Below, one piece after another: positions 47,813 to 56,343 of a DNA stretch of 62,845 nucleotides; the stretch's first letter is position 1; every line of letters begins with the position of its first letter. Position numbers and translations under genes: made by a program. This DNA is from a virus. Its lineage: Duplodnaviria; Caudoviricetes. The stretch is from positions 1-62,845 of IMG/VR virus record IMGVR_UViG_3300032236_000207. The stretch is one strand, 5' to 3'. The notes below the pieces were generated by a model that was given only the letters and a program-made list of their open reading frames with translations, was not told the origin of the DNA and did no database searches.

Positions 47813-48061
47813 AGGGGTGGGGGGGGTAGCAAAATAAAAAGTGACGGGGGGTGTTTCCTAGACTTGATACTTAAACTTGCCGATTGGATACTTAAAGGGG
47901 GTGGGGGGTTAACTCTGCGTTTTTTGGAAAAACGAAATCGAACGACATATTCCCGTAAATATACTACGGTGTTATATAAATCTTGGGACTCCTAATCGGG
48001 TGTGCAACACATAGTGTAGCGGGCCCCACCTCCCTTTGCTGGGTTTTCGGGGGCATGGGGG
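47813..48061. other. Non-coding G-tract region, candidate packaging start/genome end
   Basis: Several G4-G8 runs and a GATACTTAAA direct repeat between the divergent late and early blocks. Confidence 0.35.
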
Positions 48062-48126
48062 TCAATCGTGCTCGAATCTAACAAATGTTATGCCATCCCC
48101 CTACTTTATTTTTGTTCAAAGAACGC

Positions 48127-48155
48127 TTGCATTTTGTGGTGCGATTAGATATAAT
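48127..48155 (+). promoter_or_regulatory. Early sigma70 promoter
   Basis: TTGCAT-17 nt-TATAAT. Confidence 0.7.
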
Positions 48156-48234
48156 GAGAACATGCCAAGCAACAATGCTTTGCATACCTAACATAAGTTA
48201 GGTTTCATGTTAGTTCTTTTTACAGAGGTTTATT

Positions 48235-48756
48235 ATGGATACAGTTCACGTCGTTAGTCCCGCTTTCCCTATGACTGCAGTGGCGGGTGCAGTTGCTAAC
48301 TTGACCGAGTCTCGCACTCAACTGGTTAAGGGTATCGGCAAAATCGGTGCTTTGATATCGGGATATTCCCTAGCGTTAGACCAAGCGTTTGACTTGGTAG
48401 ATAACCAAGGGCAAACCACTACCAAGTGGTTCGACTTGAAGGGTGCACTAAAGAAGGGCATCAAGGGTGAGCGTGCTAACTTTGTGGCAGATATGACACA
48501 AGCGGGTTATGGTAAGTCTACCATTGACGTCTACTGGCAACGAGTCAAGGAAGCCTCGGGTTATGTGACTGCGGGTAACCGAGTCAAGGCTGGCGCTACT
48601 GATGTTGACGCGAAGACACTCGCTGAATTGAAGACTATGGTAAACCGTATCTTCAAAGCCGAAGAGGAAGGCGTGACATGTGACGCTAGCGATATCAAGC
48701 ACTTGCTGATTGACGCTTACACAGCACTGGGTGGCAACGATAGCGACTTAGGCTAA
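48235..48756 (+). CDS. Early hypothetical protein
   Basis: 173 aa, GAGG RBS, own promoter and downstream hairpin. Confidence 0.75.
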   Translation: MDTVHVVSPAFPMTAVAGAVANLTESRTQLVKGIGKIGALISGYSLALDQAFDLVDNQGQTTTKWFDLKGALKKGIKGERANFVADMTQAGYGKSTIDVYWQRVKEASGYVTAGNRVKAGATDVDAKTLAELKTMVNRIFKAEEEGVTCDASDIKHLLIDAYTALGGNDSDLG

Positions 48757-48763
48757 TCAACGG

Positions 48764-48781
48764 ACGGGGGGAAACCCCCGT
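48764..48781 (+). terminator. GAAA-loop hairpin (terminator or processing site)
   Basis: ACGGGGG-GAAA-CCCCCGT; the T tract comes only after the adjacent palindrome. Confidence 0.45.
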
Positions 48782-48815
48782 TCTAACAAATGTTAGTTTT
48801 TAATCGGAGAATGTT

Positions 48816-49019
48816 ATGAAACCCTCTTACAAGCATGATTGTGAAAAGTGCAAATTTGTCGGCAAAATCTTTCGTGCTATGAATTTGGAAGGCACAAAGA
48901 AAAAAGCGACTGATGTTTATCAGTCTTGCGAAGTAGGTGGAAGTCGTTATATCCTCCGTTGTTCTAGTCAAGGCTCGGACTACATCACTACCAATAATTT
49001 GGAGATGTATATCTGCTAA
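48816..49019 (+). CDS. Small hypothetical protein
   Basis: GGAG RBS; HDCEKC motif. Confidence 0.65.
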   Translation: MKPSYKHDCEKCKFVGKIFRAMNLEGTKKKATDVYQSCEVGGSRYILRCSSQGSDYITTNNLEMYIC

Positions 49020-49038
49020 CCCCTACTGACTTATCCAC

Positions 49039-49062
49039 AGCCCGCCTTGAGCGGGCTTTTTT
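49039..49062 (+). terminator. Rho-independent terminator
   Basis: AGCCCGC-loop-GCGGGCT followed by TTTTT. Confidence 0.8.
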
Positions 49063-49140
49063 GCGTCTGATGACACCTAACAAATGTTAGCGTACCACTA
49101 AGTTATTTTTGTTCAAAGAAATTTAGCCCGAATTTTTAGA

Positions 49141-49238
49141 ATGCCAGTTCTCTGGGCGGCGTTAGGGTTGAAGTTTGAGATTGTCATCGCAGGGCATAGT
49201 TTGGCGACAATCTTTTAGGATGCCAGTTCTCTGGGCGG
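49141..49238 (+). repeat. 19-bp direct repeat ATGCCAGTTCTCTGGGCGG, two copies
   Basis: 49141-49159 and 49220-49238, both preceded by TTTTAGR. Confidence 0.85.
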
Positions 49239-49614
49239 GTTTAGGCTCGAACTAACAAATGTTATGCTTTGGGCAGGTAATGTTACGCAATGTTACGTGA
49301 CCCCTCCCCGCAAACCCGCATGAAACCTAGATTGTTATATGTTATATTGTTACACGACATATATAGCAGTCCACCAAAATGGATTTGGTCATCAAGGTCA
49401 GCAAGTGCAATTCATACCACTCAAACTCATTTTGGTGGGATATATATATATTCTCATAACATTATAACTTTATAACAATTAGTCATTTTTTGGCGTGGTT
49501 AAGCCATTTCCTTTGTTACACTTTATTTCCAAAACCCGTAACAATACCCTATTTTCATAACATCCCACTAACAAAGAAACATAACAATCCTCACTCATGC
49601 TCCGTCCTAAAAAT

Positions 49615-49643
49615 TTGACAAATCTGTAAAATTGTGGTATAAT
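49615..49643 (+). promoter_or_regulatory. Consensus early sigma70 promoter
   Basis: TTGACA-17 nt-TATAAT with extended TG. Confidence 0.88.
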
Positions 49644-49744
49644 AAGGTATGGAAATCAAAATAAAACCACAAAACCTAACAACTGTTAGGAAATGTAACA
49701 ACCCGAAGGAGAGCACATCATGCGCCCAAGCACGCCCTAAATAT

Positions 49745-49773
49745 TTGACAAATCTGTAAAATTGTGGTATAAT
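49745..49773 (+). promoter_or_regulatory. Consensus early sigma70 promoter (identical duplicate)
   Basis: Same 29-mer as 49615. Confidence 0.88.
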
Positions 49774-49859
49774 ATAACATGGGTTCGGGAGTTTTTCTCA
49801 GCCCATTCCAAATCTAACAAATGTTAGTTTTTCAACCCTTCAACCATACAAAGGTTTTT

Positions 49860-50057
49860 ATGTCCTCAGATTCACGCATCTACTTCATGCTTATGACAAT
49901 AATCGCAACTGCCTTTATTGTGTTCGGTTTTACTGGCGATGGTTACATCCACAACATTGCGCTAATCCTTGGTGGTCTCTACTTTGGTCACTTGATTACC
50001 GAAGCCCTCAACTATGACGAGTCAGACAAACTCGCAGACAGCCACTTGGAGGTATAA
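49860..50057 (+). CDS. Small two-TM membrane protein
   Basis: Two hydrophobic segments; stop lies in a palindrome (alternative start 49821). Confidence 0.6.
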   Translation: MSSDSRIYFMLMTIIATAFIVFGFTGDGYIHNIALILGGLYFGHLITEALNYDESDKLADSHLEV

Positions 50058-50060
50058 CAA

Positions 50061-50291
50061 ATGTTAGATAACGACTGGAAAGAATGTATCGACTGCGGTG
50101 ATGATGTTCACATCTCCCGTTGGTCTCTTGGCTACCGAGTGTGCCTCTTCTGCGGTGAAGACCGAGCCGTCGCAGAGCGTAGTTCATGGTGCATTGTGCA
50201 AGAGTACGGCAAGGGTAACTATCAGTATATTACCCCTACTAGCGCAACCACAACACTCAAGCAGACTAACCAAAAAGAACTGAGAGGGTAA
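50061..50291 (+). CDS. Small zinc-finger-like protein
   Basis: CIDCG..CLFCG; start lies in a palindrome. Confidence 0.7.
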   Translation: MLDNDWKECIDCGDDVHISRWSLGYRVCLFCGEDRAVAERSSWCIVQEYGKGNYQYITPTSATTTLKQTNQKELRG

Positions 50292-50295
50292 GGGT

Positions 50296-50457
50296 ATGAA
50301 AAAATTTAATGTGACTGTGGTGTTTTCTTACATCGACACCATCGAGGTGGAGGCTGAGAACAGAGAGGATGCCAAGGCTATGGCGTTTGACTTGTTCGAC
50401 GAGGAGCGCATGGTGCGCTGTGATGGTGAAGTGTTAGAAGTTGAAGAGGAGGCATAA
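50296..50457 (+). CDS. Small acidic protein (DpnD/PcfM-like pattern; not in ORF track)
   Basis: MKKFNVTV..IEVEAENREDA; stop lies in a palindrome. Confidence 0.55.
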   Translation: MKKFNVTVVFSYIDTIEVEAENREDAKAMAFDLFDEERMVRCDGEVLEVEEEA

Positions 50458-50460
50458 CAA

Positions 50461-50643
50461 ATGTTAGAAATTACATACACCGATATGTTCTTGTTCGCAT
50501 GGGCAAGCGTGATGACTGCCCTGTATTTCAAGGCACGACACGAGGAGCGCATGGTCAAAGTTGTGTTCATGCACCTTATAGAGAACCCCGAAGCCCGAGA
50601 GCAGATGATTGCCCAGTATGAAAAGACAAGGAGCGAAGCATGA
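50461..50643 (+). CDS. Small hypothetical protein
   Basis: GGAGG RBS; start lies in a palindrome. Confidence 0.6.
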   Translation: MLEITYTDMFLFAWASVMTALYFKARHEERMVKVVFMHLIENPEAREQMIAQYEKTRSEA

Positions 50644-50831
50644 ACGACAAAGATATCCAAGACGCAACCCGCCTAGTTCAGTATGCGGAGTTAGACATAG
50701 CGAAATACCTACAAAGCCCTGCCGACTTCATGGTTGTGGAGTGGCTTGAGGGTGTGCAACAAGCCCTGACCGACGCATTACAAATGTTAGGTTCGAACCC
50801 AATCCCTTTGTTGGAGAGCGATGATGAGTAA
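50640..50831 (+). CDS. Small hypothetical protein
   Basis: AAGGAG RBS, ATGA overlap. Confidence 0.6.
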   Translation: MNDKDIQDATRLVQYAELDIAKYLQSPADFMVVEWLEGVQQALTDALQMLGSNPIPLLESDDE

Positions 50832-51009
50832 AGACCGAAAGATAGCAGAGTTGGAGGCCACGATTAGGTCACTGCTCAAAGCCATCGACGGGTACAAGCG
50901 AGACCTCACATACGAAACAAACTGGAGGCTCATGTCCGCATGTATAAGTGCGAAGGAAGTTTTAAACAAACGAGAGGTAACAAATGTTAGAAATCGTAGT
51001 ACGAATTAA
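50821..51009 (+). CDS. Small hypothetical protein
   Basis: GGAG RBS. Confidence 0.5.
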   Translation: MMSKDRKIAELEATIRSLLKAIDGYKRDLTYETNWRLMSACISAKEVLNKREVTNVRNRSTN

Positions 51010-51175
51010 GAATGTATACGGAGTGGACAAGGTTTACCCAGTCTCTCCCAATGCTCACCTATTTGCCGACATTGCAGGCACAACCACGCTCAGACCATCC
51101 GACCTCAAGGCAATCCAAGAACTAGGGTATCGGGTAATCGTAGAGCAACCCGTATGGCAATCGGTGGAGGTATAA
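50984..51175 (+). CDS. Small hypothetical protein
   Basis: KNVYG..YPV..FADIAGTTTL; start and stop both lie in palindromes. Confidence 0.65.
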   Translation: MLEIVVRIKNVYGVDKVYPVSPNAHLFADIAGTTTLRPSDLKAIQELGYRVIVEQPVWQSVEV

Positions 51176-51177
51176 CA

Positions 51178-51669
51178 ATGTTAGATGACACAACCAACCT
51201 CACACCTGAGCAGAAACTAAAACTGCTCATTGCCAACCGACCTTGGGAAACCGAGCCCAACAGCGCAAAGTGGGAAGACAAACTCACGGGATACAAGTGC
51301 CGAATTATGCGACACGGCGACCTCGGTCACCTCTGTGGGTATGTGGGAATACCTAAGACGCACACGCTATACGGCAAGCACTACTCAGATGACGAGGTGG
51401 CAGACATTCGAATTCACGGTGGGCTGACGTTCTCAGAGGCAGATGAAGATGACAAAGACACATGGTGGTTCGGGTTCGACTGCTCACACATGGGAGACCT
51501 GAGCCCAAAACTACTCATGGTGCTCGTGGAGAAGGACAGATACAGGTTCGACCGAACCGAGCAATACCGCACATGGGACTATGTGGAGAACGAAGTCCGT
51601 GAGTTGGTGCGCCAACTGCGAGACGAGGATTCCCTAGCAAATCAAATACCAAACTTTAGGAGACCCTAA
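51178..51669 (+). CDS. Conserved phage hypothetical protein
   Basis: GHLCGYVG..HGGLTF..WFGFDCSH; start and stop both lie in palindromes. Confidence 0.75.
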   Translation: MLDDTTNLTPEQKLKLLIANRPWETEPNSAKWEDKLTGYKCRIMRHGDLGHLCGYVGIPKTHTLYGKHYSDDEVADIRIHGGLTFSEADEDDKDTWWFGFDCSHMGDLSPKLLMVLVEKDRYRFDRTEQYRTWDYVENEVRELVRQLRDEDSLANQIPNFRRP

Positions 51670-51672
51670 CAA

Positions 51673-51915
51673 ATGTTAGATAAAGAAGCACAGCAAGCCT
51701 TGGTTGCATTGATGCAGACCAAGCAGAACTTGGAAGACCAAGTATTGAAGTCAATGCGTAGCCCTGACCTGACAACCGAGCAACTCATAAAACTACGCAA
51801 GAAGTATCTAGGGTTCTTAGAGAAGTTGCAAGAGGTTGAGGATGAACTCCAAGCACACGAGCGGGGCACACCCGAGGAATGGATAGCCATGTGGAAGGGG
51901 CAGAAAGATGAGTGA
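51673..51915 (+). CDS. Coiled-coil hypothetical protein
   Basis: AGGAG RBS; start lies in a palindrome. Confidence 0.6.
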   Translation: MLDKEAQQALVALMQTKQNLEDQVLKSMRSPDLTTEQLIKLRKKYLGFLEKLQEVEDELQAHERGTPEEWIAMWKGQKDE

Positions 51916-52123
51916 AGAAGCAGAGAAGCAAGAGCCTGAGTCTGGATTTTTTAGTCGTGAAGCAATGAAAGCCCATAGCGATTTTCATCCACAACAACGC
52001 CCTTGGGTTGGGCTGACGGATGAGGAAATGCTTGAGTGCAATATGGATGGTGACATCATGATTGACCGAGAAACAGCCAAACGAAATGTCGAAGCCAAGT
52101 TGAAGGAGAAAAATTATGACTAG
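51908..52123 (+). CDS. Small hypothetical protein
   Basis: WVGLTDEE...EAKLKEKN pattern. Confidence 0.6.
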   Translation: MSEEAEKQEPESGFFSREAMKAHSDFHPQQRPWVGLTDEEMLECNMDGDIMIDRETAKRNVEAKLKEKNYD

Positions 52124-52271
52124 GTATTACGTCACAGGATGGAGTGCCCGATTCGGGAATTGGCACGCCGAGGTATTCGAGTGCAAGAGTATGGAGTTTG
52201 CGAAGAAGCGATTCTTGGCGAGTTACCCCACGCTCAAGCAGATAAAAGTCTACCCGCTACGGGACAACTAA
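52116..52271 (+). CDS. Small hypothetical protein (not in ORF track)
   Basis: AAGGAG RBS; 51 aa. Confidence 0.5.
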   Translation: MTRYYVTGWSARFGNWHAEVFECKSMEFAKKRFLASYPTLKQIKVYPLRDN

Positions 52272-52299
52272 AACCTAACAAATGTTAGAAAGGTAAATT

Positions 52300-53319
52300 A
52301 TGGGATACGCAACAGTAATGAATGTGCCACGGGTAACAACCTACACCGAGGCAAAGAACCTACACGACAGCATCAAGCCGATTCGTGGGCGAGACCCCGA
52401 GGTGCGACCCTTGGGTAACCGACGCGATGCCGACTCGTATTGGGTACGCATGGATGGGGACGACGTAGTGTTCATGCTCTACAAATCCCCCGTGATTACA
52501 TACAAGCCTGACGGGGCGGTGGTACTCACACCTGATACATATAGCACAGTATCTACACACCAATTCTTTCACAGGGTTCTTGGGGTGGGGGCAAATGCGT
52601 CTAGACAGCACTCCGTAATCACGCTCGGGGACAAACGCTACACGATTCGTGGCAAGGACAAACTCACGCTCAGACAAGTGGATGGGAACTGGTCTTGCGT
52701 CGAGGGGGCGAAGGCGCAGTTCGCGTGGCATTTGGACAGGCGAGAAGCAACAAATGTTAGGTCTCGCTACAAAGAATTTGTCACCTACTTCAAAGGCATG
52801 GTGGCTTTACGCACCGAGGACTTCACGCACCACTACGGTAATACGCACTACAAGGGAATTGCCGTGTCTCTGAATGAGTTACAAAATGCGTTTGGTGTGG
52901 AGACTATCGAAAACGAGAACCCATTCTTGCACTCACGAAATGACCCTGATTCAATCATTGGCAACATGCGGTGGATACAAGACTTGCCACAACGCCATTA
53001 CAACTATGGCACGCAGAGAGCGGATGAGTATGGGGCGGGCATAGTGAATTTTCTAGACCTGATTAGGAGCGACCAACCTGAGGACACCAAGACCACGAAC
53101 TTCTACAAGGGTGCGTTGGCGGTGCTGATGAGCGGTGACCGCCTATATCTACGAGGACAAGACGATAACACCTACATCGTTAAGGCTACGCCGATAGTGA
53201 AAGCCTTGGACACCGTGTTACTCAAAGCCCATGCGAGTCAGGTATTGGTGCGCAAAGAGTTACCGATTGGTTCGGTGTCCAAAGGGGCATACGACAGGTG
53301 GTTACCTGAGAACACCTAA
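52300..53319 (+). CDS. Hypothetical protein
   Basis: 339 aa, flanked by palindromes on both sides. Confidence 0.75.
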   Translation: MGYATVMNVPRVTTYTEAKNLHDSIKPIRGRDPEVRPLGNRRDADSYWVRMDGDDVVFMLYKSPVITYKPDGAVVLTPDTYSTVSTHQFFHRVLGVGANASRQHSVITLGDKRYTIRGKDKLTLRQVDGNWSCVEGAKAQFAWHLDRREATNVRSRYKEFVTYFKGMVALRTEDFTHHYGNTHYKGIAVSLNELQNAFGVETIENENPFLHSRNDPDSIIGNMRWIQDLPQRHYNYGTQRADEYGAGIVNFLDLIRSDQPEDTKTTNFYKGALAVLMSGDRLYLRGQDDNTYIVKATPIVKALDTVLLKAHASQVLVRKELPIGSVSKGAYDRWLPENT

Positions 53320-53356
53320 CAAATGTTAGGTGTAGGAGATGAGTGTGCCTAAATAT

Positions 53357-53385
53357 TTGACAAATACCTTATTTTGTGGTATAAT
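53357..53385 (+). promoter_or_regulatory. Consensus early sigma70 promoter
   Basis: TTGACA-17 nt-TATAAT; shares CCTAAATATTTGACAAAT and TTGTGGTATAAT with 49745. Confidence 0.88.
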
Positions 53386-53467
53386 TAAATGGTAGGCAAA
53401 AAAGTATTTTGTGTTAGTTTTTTCAACCAAATCCTAACAACTGTTAGGTATATCAGAGGAGTTAGAT

Positions 53468-54532
53468 ATGTCAGAAGTTAATTTCGGTAAGACCATTACC
53501 TTGAAGCAAGCATCCAATTTGATTCGCACGAACCCCACAACTCGGTTCTTATTGCGAGGTGAACCCGGAATTGGAAAGTCTTCCCTGTTGGAGAGTATTG
53601 CTAACGCATTGGGTTATGACCACGCATACATTGACGTGCCTAACCTAGACCTTGGCGATATTGCGATGCCCGTGATTGACCACGAGACCAAGACAACTAG
53701 GTATTACCCTAATGCTCGGTTCAAATTGCATGAGAAGAAACCCATCGTCATCATGCTAGACGAGTATACGAAGGGCGCAGACCCAGTTAAGAACATGCTC
53801 CATCCCATGCTCGAGAAGGCGAACCCACGACTCGGTGACATCTCTTTGCATGAGCAGAACATTGTGTTCATGACGGGTAATCTATCGACAGACGGGGTGG
53901 GTGACTCACTCAAGGCGCACTCTATGAATCGTGTGGTATCTGTAACTATCCAAAAGCCTGATGCAGAACAGTGGATTGAATGGGCTATCGGCAAGAGTAT
54001 CGAGCCTGAGGTGATTGCTTGGGTGAATCGTTTCCCACAAGTCTTGGCAAGTTACACGGACGGTGGACAGGCGGATAACCCGTATATCTTTAATCCTAAG
54101 AAGCCTATGACTGCGTTCGTATCTCCACGCTCACTCGAGACGGCCTCTAACATTGTTAGGTCTCGCAAAGAGAATGATGCCGACTCAGTAATCGCGGCTT
54201 TGACTGGTGCTATTGGCGAGTCAGGTGCAAGAGATATGCAAGCGTATATCGAATTCTCAGACCAACTGCCAACATGGGAAGCGACCATCAAAGACCCTAA
54301 GAATACCAAGATACCTACAAGTGCAGGTGCTTGTGCGATTGTGGTGTTCGGTGCGATTGCCCGTGTGGAGAAGGACACCATTGATGCGTTCATGGAATAT
54401 CTCGAGCGATTCGATGCCGAGTGGCAAGCCGTGTTCGCTATCAACATAGCGAAGTCACAAGCCAAGCAGAGCATTGCGTTTAGTGCGAAAGCCTTTACTG
54501 CATGGGTTGCTAAGAACCAAGACTTACTCTAA
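53468..54532 (+). CDS. MoxR-like AAA+ ATPase
   Basis: GEPGIGKS Walker A, IMLDE Walker B, TGN sensor 1, SPRS sensor 2. Confidence 0.85.
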   Translation: MSEVNFGKTITLKQASNLIRTNPTTRFLLRGEPGIGKSSLLESIANALGYDHAYIDVPNLDLGDIAMPVIDHETKTTRYYPNARFKLHEKKPIVIMLDEYTKGADPVKNMLHPMLEKANPRLGDISLHEQNIVFMTGNLSTDGVGDSLKAHSMNRVVSVTIQKPDAEQWIEWAIGKSIEPEVIAWVNRFPQVLASYTDGGQADNPYIFNPKKPMTAFVSPRSLETASNIVRSRKENDADSVIAALTGAIGESGARDMQAYIEFSDQLPTWEATIKDPKNTKIPTSAGACAIVVFGAIARVEKDTIDAFMEYLERFDAEWQAVFAINIAKSQAKQSIAFSAKAFTAWVAKNQDLL

Positions 54533-54542
54533 GAATTCTTAG

Positions 54543-54758
54543 ATGCTAACTACATCACAGAGTAATGGCACTCGTGCCCACCTTGGGCACAGGTATTGGG
54601 TGCAATGGGTAACCGCCACCAACCGAGACAAGGAGATGGTGGTGCTTGGCTACTGCGTTCGTGATATGGACAAGTTCGACAAGAACATTGTGTTCGAGCA
54701 CGAGAGCAAGATTGTGTGCGACAAGATTGCAGGTTTACTTAACGAAGGAGAGAGGTAA
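54543..54758 (+). CDS. Small hypothetical protein
   Basis: 71 aa, bounded by palindromes. Confidence 0.5.
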   Translation: MLTTSQSNGTRAHLGHRYWVQWVTATNRDKEMVVLGYCVRDMDKFDKNIVFEHESKIVCDKIAGLLNEGER

Positions 54759-54761
54759 CAA

Positions 54762-55982
54762 ATGTTAGAAGAAAGACGTGTTCAGAAGTCGAAGATTAGT
54801 TTGATGCGTAACCCTAAGTTCGCATTGCTATCAGGTATCTTGATGGTTGGTCGTACTAAGGTAGTGGATAACTTACCTACTGCGTGCACCAATGGTAGAG
54901 ATGAATCGTATGGTCGCAAGTTCGTCAAAGAACTGCGTGACCAAGAGTTGAACTTTGTGGTGGCGCATGAGAACTATCACAAGATGTATCGACACTTGAC
55001 TACATGGCGCAAGTTGCACGAGATTGACCACAGGTTAGCGAACAGCGCATGTGACTATGTAATCAACATCCAGTTGAAAGACCTAGACCCTAACGAGACA
55101 CTCATAGCCATGCCCCGATACAAAGACGGCAAGGTGATGGGCTTAGTTGATGAGCGATTCCGTGGCATGAACGCCAAGGAGGTGTTCGACATACTAAGAG
55201 AGGAGAAAGAGGAAAGAGGTTCTGGCGGTGAGGGCGAGGGTGGTAGCGGTGCGGGTGATGGTGACCCTGAGTTCGATGACCACGACTGGGATGGTGCTCA
55301 GGAGATGACAGCCGAGGAGAAGAAAGACTTGGCACGAGAGATTGACCAAGCGATTCGTCAGGGCATCATGGCACAGCAGAAGATTGCGGGTAGCGGAGCA
55401 GGTGGACTAGACCGTGAGTTGCAAGGACTACTTGAGCCCAAGGTTAACTGGCGTGAGGTATTGCGTGAGTTCGTTAAGTCAACATGCAGTTCTAAAGATG
55501 CATCGTCATGGCGCAGAGTTAATCGTAGGTTCTTATCCACAGGTGTTTACATGCCGAGCCTTATCGGTGAGAAGGTAGGTCACTTGGTTATTGCTATCGA
55601 CACATCGGGTTCGATTGGCGGTGATGAGTTGGCAGACTTCTTATCTGAGGTTAAGGGTATCGCAGAAGAGGTAAACCCTGAGTGCGTGGACTTACTGTAT
55701 TGGGATAGCGAGGTAGCGGGGCACGAGACTTACTCGGGTTCTACTGCGTCAGATATTCCTAACTCTACCAAGCCCAAGGGTGGCGGTGGCACAAGCCCGT
55801 CTTGTGTATCAGCGTATCTGAAAGAGAAGAACATCCAGCCCGAGTGCGTGATTGTTCTAACCGACGGGTATGTTGGTGGTGATTGGGGTAGCGAGTGGAC
55901 TGCGCCCGTGATGTGGTGCATCGTGGGTGGGTATGACGGCGATGCCGACAACGGCAAGACTATTCACATCGACAGCAACTAA
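54762..55982 (+). CDS. HExxH metallopeptidase-like plus VWA domain protein (DUF2201-like)
   Basis: TACTNG, AHENYH, DTSGS MIDAS, GGGT, LTDG. Confidence 0.85.
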   Translation: MLEERRVQKSKISLMRNPKFALLSGILMVGRTKVVDNLPTACTNGRDESYGRKFVKELRDQELNFVVAHENYHKMYRHLTTWRKLHEIDHRLANSACDYVINIQLKDLDPNETLIAMPRYKDGKVMGLVDERFRGMNAKEVFDILREEKEERGSGGEGEGGSGAGDGDPEFDDHDWDGAQEMTAEEKKDLAREIDQAIRQGIMAQQKIAGSGAGGLDRELQGLLEPKVNWREVLREFVKSTCSSKDASSWRRVNRRFLSTGVYMPSLIGEKVGHLVIAIDTSGSIGGDELADFLSEVKGIAEEVNPECVDLLYWDSEVAGHETYSGSTASDIPNSTKPKGGGGTSPSCVSAYLKEKNIQPECVIVLTDGYVGGDWGSEWTAPVMWCIVGGYDGDADNGKTIHIDSN

Positions 55983-55985
55983 CAA

Positions 55986-56219
55986 ATGTTAGGAGTGAGT
56001 ATGGCAGTAATAGACCCAGTGGAATGGTTTCAGATACGACACCCCACGCAGTATTGGGGAGACCCTTTCACTCATGGGATTGTCGAGGACAAGGGGACAG
56101 GTGAGTGGGTAGTGGTGAAGAAAGAAATGCTTGGCGATTCACTGACAAAGATATCAGAGATAGCCCGAGCACCGACCCGTGAAGGGGCGATTGGATTTTT
56201 AAAACTTATAAGGGGATGA
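55986..56219 (+). CDS. Small hypothetical protein
   Basis: Start at 55986 (palindrome) or 56001 (AGGAG RBS). Confidence 0.55.
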   Translation: MLGVSMAVIDPVEWFQIRHPTQYWGDPFTHGIVEDKGTGEWVVVKKEMLGDSLTKISEIARAPTREGAIGFLKLIRG

Positions 56220-56343
56220 TGATGAGTTCAGATTTATTAGATGAGTACTGCATGCAAGAGTACGGGCACACCGATTGGGAAATGTCGTGGGATGAGGACG
56301 GCAACTTGATTGTGAAGTTTTATGAAAACCAAAGGGAGGAAGT

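Noticed and set aside
48187-48202. dif/XerD arm (TAACATAA)
   Set aside because: No XerC arm at 6-bp spacing; better explained as a palindrome variant
49141-49238. Mini-CRISPR made of two 19-bp repeats
   Set aside because: Only two copies, with a 60-bp interval and no leader or cas context
49290-49475. 61-aa ORF in the origin-like region
   Set aside because: No RBS, and it runs through repeat-rich AT sequence
55533-55541. DnaA box TTATCCACA inside the VWA gene
   Set aside because: A single intragenic 9-mer is compatible with chance
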